From positions 248,001 through 312,000 of IMG/VR virus record IMGVR_UViG_3300032236_002285: 64,000 nt of DNA. One strand, written 5' to 3'. A program made the translations under genes and the position numbers. Below the pieces are notes generated by a model. That model searched no databases and was not told the DNA's origin. It saw only the letters and a list, made by a program, of their open reading frames with translations. Below, one piece after another: positions 56,985 to 64,000 of this stretch (its first letter is position 1; the number at the start of each line of letters is the position of its first letter).

Positions 56985-57746
56985 ATGAAAAATTGTTTAA
57001 AGTGTAATGAGGATATAACAAAAAGAGGTGCTAGATTTAAATATTGTAAAGAATGTTCAGAGATATCAAAAAAAGAATCTTATAAAAAATATCTAAGTAG
57101 TGAAGATGTTAAAATTTCAAAAAATAAATATAGCAAAGAATATTACAAAGAAAATAAAGACAAATTAAAACCAGTTAGAAAAAAATGGAGGGAAACTAAT
57201 TCACAAAAAGAGAAAAATTACAATAAAGATAGATATCAATCATTTGATAAAGAAAGATTATCAAACTACTACACCGAGAATAAAGAAGAAATAAATAGAA
57301 AAAAATTAGAATATAGAAAAACTGAAGAGTATAAAAAATGGATATCTGAATATAGAATAAAAAATGCTCATAAGCAAAGATATAGAGATTCATTAAAATC
57401 TGTTATTAGGCGACTTAACCGTGATAAAAATGATTATACAAATAATCTATTAGGATATAGTGATTTAGAATTTAAGTTACATATAGAAAGCCAATTCACT
57501 GAAAAAATGAGTTGGTCTGAAAGAAAATCATTTGAAATTGACCATATCATACCAATAGTTGCTTTTATAGAAAATACTCCTTTGTCTATTGTTAGTTCTT
57601 TAGAAAATTTAAGACCAATGGATCCTGAAGATAATATTAAAAAATATACATCTCTGGATTATAACTATATTGAATTGTATGAAAAATATATTGAATTTTT
57701 AACGGATGATTATAAGAGTAAGGTATTGGATTATATTTCAAAGTAA
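56985..57746 (+). CDS. HNH homing endonuclease
   Basis: N-terminal CxxC..CxxC; FEIDHIIPI..SLENLRPM..NIKK. Confidence 0.8.
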   Translation: MKNCLKCNEDITKRGARFKYCKECSEISKKESYKKYLSSEDVKISKNKYSKEYYKENKDKLKPVRKKWRETNSQKEKNYNKDRYQSFDKERLSNYYTENKEEINRKKLEYRKTEEYKKWISEYRIKNAHKQRYRDSLKSVIRRLNRDKNDYTNNLLGYSDLEFKLHIESQFTEKMSWSERKSFEIDHIIPIVAFIENTPLSIVSSLENLRPMDPEDNIKKYTSLDYNYIELYEKYIEFLTDDYKSKVLDYISK

Positions 57747-58276
57747 ATCTTTTCACCATTTGATAGTGAATAACAAATTTTATTTACATTCTTAACTTCG
57801 TATTTATAATCGGGTTTTACATATTTCTTACCAGTTCCTTTCTTAACATAAGAAATTGTAATATGTGGCTTGTAATCAGGGAATTGATCCGAGTTAGGAA
57901 ATTTAGACAACTCATCGTGTAAATGTTGTAAAGCACCATCCGGTATTACATTAAACTTAACAACATCAAATTTATCGTTTTTTTCAAATATACCTATACC
58001 ATCTACTTTAATATTAATATCATCTGAATAGTTCTCAAATACTGATTTAACCATTTCAGGAGTTACATCATCATGTAAACCATATAAAATAGTAACATGT
58101 GGATTATCTTGAATGCCTTTAGGATCATCATTTTCATCACCGTAAAATATGTCTTCTGGATCAATAGATGATGTTATTTCATCCCAGTTACTTACCGGAA
58201 TATTAATCATTACACAGCCATATTTATGACCGTTAATTGATTCATTTACAAATTGTATATAGTTTTTAATTATCAT
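57731..58276 (-). CDS. 2H phosphoesterase, T4 gp57B/Acb1-like, with N-terminal tag
   Basis: Two HxT motifs, PHVTILY and FPDYKPHITISY; begins MIIKNYIQFVNES. Confidence 0.75.
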   Translation of the reverse strand: MIIKNYIQFVNESINGHKYGCVMINIPVSNWDEITSSIDPEDIFYGDENDDPKGIQDNPHVTILYGLHDDVTPEMVKSVFENYSDDINIKVDGIGIFEKNDKFDVVKFNVIPDGALQHLHDELSKFPNSDQFPDYKPHITISYVKKGTGKKYVKPDYKYEVKNVNKICYSLSNGEKIYFEI

Positions 58277-58704
58277 ATTTTACCTTGTATTATTATTCTA
58301 TTAGTTTCCCATAAATTATTATATGAAAATTCGAAATCAAGTCCAGTTTCATCGTGCAATCTTTTTATAGCGATTATAAAATCCTGATAATCTTCTGAAG
58401 AAAAATTCACAGAATTGGTTGTTGTTCTTTTTTCCCAAGAAATATCACCACTAGAGTTTATCTCTCCTGTAAATTCAAATTTCTTATAATTATAAGGATC
58501 ATACGAAAATATATGATCCTTTTCTCGTTTTTTCATTATATATTTGAAATGTGGCATTGGATGATATGATAAATTATTATCTGGGTCTTGTGACCAATAC
58601 CAACCATTATCTTCAAACTCTTGAAAACAATCTTTAATAGTATCAAAAACTTGTTGATAGATTTTTTCCTCTATTGATTCATTAAATCTTTTAAGATATT
58701 TCAT
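58273..58704 (-). CDS. hypothetical protein, MKYLKRFNES tag family
   Basis: Start moved to ATG 58704, 7 nt from the late motif (58712-58720). Confidence 0.65.
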   Translation of the reverse strand: MKYLKRFNESIEEKIYQQVFDTIKDCFQEFEDNGWYWSQDPDNNLSYHPMPHFKYIMKKREKDHIFSYDPYNYKKFEFTGEINSSGDISWEKRTTTNSVNFSSEDYQDFIIAIKRLHDETGLDFEFSYNNLWETNRIIIQGKI

Positions 58705-58841
58705 ATATCTATATATATTATTTGTTGTAATCAAATTTATTTTATATCTTTGTAATGTTAATTTCTTCTTAGATAGAATTTAATTGGTGGCACAAGGACG
58801 GACTCGAACCCAGATTGTTAAACAAATTAAATTAAAGAATT

Positions 58842-59930
58842 ATGAGTAATTTTAAAGTATCTAAAGAAAAAATCGAGCTCTTCGTTCACCCGAACGCTGA
58901 CGCTCTTGAACTCGCAAAAATTGGTTCTTACCAAGTAGTAGTTCAAAAAGGTCTTTACACGACCGGTGATGAGGTAATCTTCGCACCTGAAAAATCTGTT
59001 CTAACCGGACAGCTTAAATCAGAGTACGAAAAATATCTTTCTGGTCCAAATAAAGATAGGGTAAAGGCGGTTCGTCTTAGAAATGAAATCTCTTCTGGGA
59101 TTATCATTCCAAAAGAATTAGTTCCTAACTTTGAAAGCTATACGGTTGGTGTAGATATTTCAGAGGATTTAGGAATCACTAAATACGAACCACCAATTCC
59201 AGTTCACTTGGCTGGAAGTGTGACAAGATTTGATATGCCACACATCGGAAATCACGACTGCGAACATGCAAATGTTTATGTTAATGATTTAGTACCAGGT
59301 GAAAGAGTTGTTATCACTGAGAAAGTACATGGGTCTCAATTCATCTTAGCACATGAGATTGAAACTGAGAAAACGATTGTAAGTTCTAAGGGTATGTTAA
59401 AAGCCGGATTGTCTTTACAAGATGAAGAAGGTAACACATACTGGGTAGCGGCTAGGAACGATAATATCATTGGTAGAATTAGAAATAATTTTACAGAAGG
59501 TGTTGTTCAAGTGTTTGGTGAGGTTATTCCAGTTCAAAGTGGATATAACTACGGACAAACAAAACCAACCGCAAGGTTGTTTGATGTTAGGGTAAATGGC
59601 AAATCCATTCCTTACGATATGGTACCTGATGAATTGAGAGAGTTGTGGGTACCAATCATTTACGATGGTACTCTTAATTTAGAATCTAAAGAAGTAGTTC
59701 TTTATGAAGATGAATCAAGAGGAATCCGTAAGACAAGAGTTGACTTCATCCTTCCAAAAGATGTCGTAGAACTTTGTAAGGGAAAAGAGTTAGTGTCTGG
59801 TCAAGAATTACATATCCGTGAAGGTGTTGTACTTCGTCCTTACATTGACCGTGATGCTAAAGATGGTACTAAACTTAGGTTGAAAATCATCAACCCGGCA
59901 TACAAGGAATCCGGAGAAGAAATTAACTAA
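58842..59930 (+). CDS. RNA ligase, DRB0094/Rnl5-like with N-terminal tRNA-binding OB domain
   Basis: HPNADALEL..VVQKG..LRNEISSG (OB domain); TEKVHGS (motif I), VFGE, LFDV, REGVVL, LKIIN. Confidence 0.85.
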   Translation: MSNFKVSKEKIELFVHPNADALELAKIGSYQVVVQKGLYTTGDEVIFAPEKSVLTGQLKSEYEKYLSGPNKDRVKAVRLRNEISSGIIIPKELVPNFESYTVGVDISEDLGITKYEPPIPVHLAGSVTRFDMPHIGNHDCEHANVYVNDLVPGERVVITEKVHGSQFILAHEIETEKTIVSSKGMLKAGLSLQDEEGNTYWVAARNDNIIGRIRNNFTEGVVQVFGEVIPVQSGYNYGQTKPTARLFDVRVNGKSIPYDMVPDELRELWVPIIYDGTLNLESKEVVLYEDESRGIRKTRVDFILPKDVVELCKGKELVSGQELHIREGVVLRPYIDRDAKDGTKLRLKIINPAYKESGEEIN

Positions 59931-59933
59931 AAG

Positions 59934-59962
59934 AAAAACCCACTCATTTGAGTGGGTTTTTT
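59934..59962. terminator. bidirectional intrinsic terminator
   Basis: AAAAACCCACTCA-tt-TGAGTGGGTTTTT between convergent genes. Confidence 0.75.
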
Positions 59963-60252
59963 TATTCTTCGTCTTTGTGAATTAATTTAATTTCATCTTG
60001 CCATCCTTCTGGAAGTTCTTCCTCTTCTTCTGTATCAAAATCAAAACCCATTGAAACAAGATAATTCATTACTGAGTTTATCATAATATCATCAGCACCT
60101 CTTTCTTTCATATAATCTTCAAAATCTTCTACCGTATAAGAACCTTTCTCAGCTCTTAACTCTTCTAATTTAGGTAATATATCTACTGCGATATCTTCAT
60201 GAATATCAGAATCTATTTTACCGTATGCTTCAAATGTTTTTAAGTATTTCAT
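59962..60252 (-). CDS. acidic hypothetical protein, MKYLKTFEAY tag family
   Basis: N-terminal tag. Confidence 0.6.
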   Translation of the reverse strand: MKYLKTFEAYGKIDSDIHEDIAVDILPKLEELRAEKGSYTVEDFEDYMKERGADDIMINSVMNYLVSMGFDFDTEEEEELPEGWQDEIKLIHKDEE

Positions 60253-60261
60253 ATAACTATA

Positions 60262-60780
60262 TTATTTTTTTGACCAGATAGATTTATTAAAAACCTTTTC
60301 AGCTTCAGACTTTATTACAGAATACAATTGAGAGAATTTATTTAAATCAAATGGCGCTTCTTCGTCTGATTCAAAGTAACAATTTTGTATAAACTCTAAA
60401 GGTGGACAAGCCGCAACAACTCTATTGATATATTCTTCTTCATCAAAATCTCTATTGTGAATACTACTATCAATATTCATTAAGTTTCTGTATTTCTCAC
60501 GGTTATAAGTTCCTATTTGTTGCATTATAGGATCTAATAAGATTGAAATATCAACTATTGTTTGAGTTAAGTTTTGCTCTTTACTCGTAGCTTGTGTTAA
60601 CAATAATAAGCCGGTAAATGCTCTAGATAAAACTAAGTGTGGTACAACATTTGTACCACGAACCGTGCCTTTCCATTTTAACTCATGTTTAAATTGGTCA
60701 TTATATACAACAAAACTATCATTTATATAATCATCAAGTGTATATTTTGATGATTCATTAAATCTCTTTAAGTGTTTCAT
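60262..60780 (-). CDS. hypothetical protein, MKHLKRFNES tag family
   Basis: N-terminal tag. Confidence 0.6.
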   Translation of the reverse strand: MKHLKRFNESSKYTLDDYINDSFVVYNDQFKHELKWKGTVRGTNVVPHLVLSRAFTGLLLLTQATSKEQNLTQTIVDISILLDPIMQQIGTYNREKYRNLMNIDSSIHNRDFDEEEYINRVVAACPPLEFIQNCYFESDEEAPFDLNKFSQLYSVIKSEAEKVFNKSIWSKK

Positions 60781-60782
60781 AA

Positions 60783-61301
60783 TTATTTCTTCTTTTTTGA
60801 TTCACCTGAAAATGGAGACATTAAATGTTTAAGATTCCAAGAAGGTACAAATTTTTTATTATGCTTTTCAAAGTCTTCATATGATTCAATTCCTGTATCA
60901 ATAGGATTTTCAATATATTGAATATTAGCACCTTGTTTATTCATATCAGAGATTCTGTTACCAATGTCGGTTTTAGCTGACATCTTCATAACTCTTTTAA
61001 GTTGATCTACCGTATGTTGTCTAGGTAAAGCTTCATTTGTTTGTTCAACAACATCAATTGTACCATCATCATTAAATTGAGCCAACCAAGGTCCGTTACA
61101 AATTATAATTGATTGACCTACTAGCTCTGGGTTAATGTTTTCTGGTCCGAATTCCTTAACACTTTTAACACCATCTTCATCTATAACAAAGTGAAAGTCA
61201 TCTCCTTTATTTTTATCAAGAAGTCCTTTGATTCTACCTGCTACAGATATAAATTCAGTTACACCACCAATTGGTTTAAGTCTAGCTCTAATAATTTTCA
61301 T
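60783..61301 (-). CDS. hypothetical late protein
   Basis: Late motif at 61306-61314. Confidence 0.6.
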   Translation of the reverse strand: MKIIRARLKPIGGVTEFISVAGRIKGLLDKNKGDDFHFVIDEDGVKSVKEFGPENINPELVGQSIIICNGPWLAQFNDDGTIDVVEQTNEALPRQHTVDQLKRVMKMSAKTDIGNRISDMNKQGANIQYIENPIDTGIESYEDFEKHNKKFVPSWNLKHLMSPFSGESKKKK

Positions 61302-61343
61302 AAAGTATATATTAAATAAAAAAACTCAATCTTTTAATTGAGT

Positions 61344-62441
61344 TTAAATAGTGTTTATCCAACAATAGTCATCATACTTAAACCAGTAAAATGCTCTGTT
61401 ATTTCTTCTTAGTAAGTTAAAATAAAAATCTTTATTTTCATCTGTTTCAGTTAAAATAAAAACTTTTTTATTATTTATATCTGGTTCTATTTTTGACTTA
61501 CCGCAAATAACAATGTTATCTGATTTAGAATTAACTGAGTCAAATGTAATTTCTATATCAGGAAATAATTCTATTAAAAGTCTTCTTTTAACCAATAAAT
61601 TGGAAAATCCATAAATATCTATAGACTTTACATTTTTCCAATCAAGTGTTAAAAAGTTGTAACAATCTAGTTCAAAATCACAACCATCACCGGTGAAAAA
61701 GTAAGGAAAATAAAAAAAATCTCTTTTATTTTTTTGATACCATTTATCAAACTCATCATCTATCTGCTTAATTTGACTAACTTCTTCAGGTGTTCTTTCT
61801 TTTGTACTATTAGATACTTTATCAGTTTCATACTCAACATAACATCTTGGTAAACAAAGTACATCACCTTTTGTACTTAAATATTTAACAATATATTGGT
61901 CATTCATTCTAATCATTTTACTATCATCAGTAAATACATCAGACCAATCTATTTTAATTTTACTCCTCCAAACTCTACCTAAAAAGCTGAGAGCTGGCAT
62001 AACTCTACCTTTGTCAATAAAGGGATTTAAAAAAGGCGTATGAACAAAGTATCTTTTTAATTTACCTGACTTTTTTATCCATTTTGAAGCAGATAAAATA
62101 CAAACAACTTCCGGAAATTTATCAAACCAAATTTGACAATGTTCTAGATATGATGGATGATATAAATCATCACCGTCTATGTGAAATATAAATTCACCTT
62201 TAGCATATAAAGAAGGATTTCTATAGAATTCTCTCTTCTCAGTTTGTATAATTCTTCTAACCCTTTTATCTTTTTTAGATATCTCTAATAAAGTTTTATC
62301 AGTTTCTGGATTATCTGAAAAATCATCAGTGACAACCCATTCCCAATCTACATTTTGAGTTTTAGCACACTCATATAATCTGTAGATGTAAGATGGATCG
62401 TCACCGAAGAAAGATGTTACAATAGAGAATTTAGGACTCAT
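61344..62441 (-). CDS. glycosyltransferase family 2
   Basis: SIVTSF, VVTDDFS, FHIDGDD. Confidence 0.75.
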   Translation of the reverse strand: MSPKFSIVTSFFGDDPSYIYRLYECAKTQNVDWEWVVTDDFSDNPETDKTLLEISKKDKRVRRIIQTEKREFYRNPSLYAKGEFIFHIDGDDLYHPSYLEHCQIWFDKFPEVVCILSASKWIKKSGKLKRYFVHTPFLNPFIDKGRVMPALSFLGRVWRSKIKIDWSDVFTDDSKMIRMNDQYIVKYLSTKGDVLCLPRCYVEYETDKVSNSTKERTPEEVSQIKQIDDEFDKWYQKNKRDFFYFPYFFTGDGCDFELDCYNFLTLDWKNVKSIDIYGFSNLLVKRRLLIELFPDIEITFDSVNSKSDNIVICGKSKIEPDINNKKVFILTETDENKDFYFNLLRRNNRAFYWFKYDDYCWINTI

Positions 62442-62444
62442 TAA

Positions 62445-63401
62445 TTAAAAATCGTCATCTAATTTATCAAAGTCAATAGCCTTGTCTGATACTTTTTGAT
62501 ATTCAGCAACTCTTTTCTCAAAGAAGTTAGTTTTACCTTGTAAAGAAATCATATCCATAAAGTCAAAAGGATTTTCAACATTATAAACCTTTTTACAACC
62601 TAAAGCACTCATCCAAAAATCAGCAACATACTCAATATATTGTTCCATCAATCTAGAATTCATACCAATTAAAGATACTGGTAAAGACTCAGTGATGAAT
62701 TCTCTTTCGATATCAACAGCTGAGCAAATAATTTCTTGAATTCTTTCAGCACTTACTTTGTTTTGAATATATCTATTGTGTAACAAAGTAGCAAATTGAC
62801 AATGTAAGCCTTCATCTCTTGAGATTAACTCATTAGAGAAAGTTAAACCTGGCATTAAACCTCTTTTCTTTAACCAGAAGATAGAACAGAATGAACCAGA
62901 GAAAAAGATACCTTCAACAGCAGCAAATGCGATTAATCTTTCAGCAAATGATTCAGAGTTAATCCACTTCAAAGCCCAATCAGCTTTCTTCATAATAGAA
63001 GGGAAGTTGTCAATTGCGTGAAACAATCTATCTTTTTCAGCTGAATCTTTGATATAAGTATCAATTAAAAGAGAGTATGTTTCAGAGTGAACATTCTCCA
63101 TCGCAATTTGAAAACCATAGAAAGATTTTGCTTCTGGGTACTGAACTTCTTTTAGGAAGTTTTCGGCTAAGTTTTCATTTACAATACCGTCAGATGCGGC
63201 AAAGAATGCTAAAACCATTTTAATAAAATGCTGTTCATCGGCATTTAATTTTTCATTCCAATCGGTTAAGTCTTGAGCTAAATCAATTTCCTCGGCAGTC
63301 CAAAAGCTCATCTCAGCCGTCTTATACATTTCCCAAATATCGTGATATTTTAAGGGAAACATTACAAATCTGTCTTTGTTTTCTTGTAGTATGTGTTCCA
63401 T
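62445..63401 (-). CDS. nrdB: ribonucleotide reductase class Ia beta subunit
   Basis: [60 protein letters not shown]. Confidence 0.97.
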   Translation of the reverse strand: MEHILQENKDRFVMFPLKYHDIWEMYKTAEMSFWTAEEIDLAQDLTDWNEKLNADEQHFIKMVLAFFAASDGIVNENLAENFLKEVQYPEAKSFYGFQIAMENVHSETYSLLIDTYIKDSAEKDRLFHAIDNFPSIMKKADWALKWINSESFAERLIAFAAVEGIFFSGSFCSIFWLKKRGLMPGLTFSNELISRDEGLHCQFATLLHNRYIQNKVSAERIQEIICSAVDIEREFITESLPVSLIGMNSRLMEQYIEYVADFWMSALGCKKVYNVENPFDFMDMISLQGKTNFFEKRVAEYQKVSDKAIDFDKLDDDF

Positions 63402-63535
63402 ATTTTTAATTTATTTGTATTTATTTATATAGGTATTTATTAATAATGTTTAGTTTCTTTTTTATTTAATCCAAACTTACTATATTTGTACTTTATAACA
63501 TTTAAAAGTTGAATACCGCAGAAACAAATAAAAAA

Positions 63536-64000
63536 ATGAAATGGACGAATAAGCGATCGAGAATAGTCGATGCGCTTGAAAGTAACGCGCATGAGAATAA
63601 ATTGGAAAGTATGATAAGTAACTTATCACTTTTGAACTCAGATGAATTTTCAAAAGTAAAAAATCGACTACTTTTCTTGGCTTTAAAAAATGCTTCAAAA
63701 GAGTGTGCTGAATTTCTTTTAAGTAAAGAATCAAAGTTTAACTCTATTGATATATTGCGTAAGTGTGACTGGACTAAAATGGTTGAGGTATTTAATTTAT
63801 TAAAACTTCATGAAGATAAAGACGACTCAGGAAATCATAAATCACTTCAAAAAGCATATCTAATAAATCGTTTAGTTGATCCTTCAAAAGTAGATGCTAA
63901 TAAAGAAAGAGTTGATTTCTTATTCAAGTTAATATCTGATGGATTTTTTACGGCTGAACAAGTTAGAGACCAAATAGAAGAAAACTACAAAGGTAAGCCT
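63536..64000 (+). CDS. hypothetical helical protein, truncated by window end
   Basis: ATG 63536 after TATATTTG (63481); open frame to 64000; one ankyrin-like LLFLALKN..CAEFLL segment. Confidence 0.55.
   Translation, partial: MKWTNKRSRIVDALESNAHENKLESMISNLSLLNSDEFSKVKNRLLFLALKNASKECAEFLLSKESKFNSIDILRKCDWTKMVEVFNLLKLHEDKDDSGNHKSLQKAYLINRLVDPSKVDANKERVDFLFKLISDGFFTAEQVRDQIEENYKGKP

Overview
AT-rich segment of a very large T4-like (jumbo) dsDNA phage that infects a Bacteroidota host. Phage evidence: gp32-like SSB, gp14-like neck domain, tail-tube-like protein, homing endonucleases, dense tRNA arrays and no ribosomal operons. Host evidence: TTTG-N19/20-TAnnTTTG promoters and T9SS C-terminal domains. 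The window holds about 30 tRNA or tRNA-like genes in three blocks, LeuRS (minimal, no editing domain), GluRS and GlnRS, ClpC, NrdB, an RNA ligase, and a ~10.6 kb glycosyltransferase island. The most striking signal is that each tRNA block is preceded by a short leader ORF plus a mutually exclusive antiterminator/terminator pair. The codons in each leader match the tRNAs encoded downstream: MTTMNLNMNMNLTVVLNTLCIRR precedes the Asn/Ile/Arg/Leu/Val/Cys/Thr/Met tRNAs and LeuRS, a PQPQ..DQDP leader precedes the Asp/Pro(/Gln) tRNAs, and a QYQQQQQ leader precedes three tRNA-Gln genes and GlnRS. This looks like phage ribosome-stalling attenuators that switch on tRNA supply when charged tRNAs are depleted. 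Other highlights: about 15 late proteins share a T4 capsid-targeting-like N-terminal tag (including GluRS, an Acb1-like 2H phosphoesterase and a DEDDh exonuclease); the phage encodes T9SS type-B cargo, including a stand-alone CTD; and there is a tandem four-hairpin RNA with compensatory base changes. All assignments come from reading motifs by eye; no database searches or folding programs were run.
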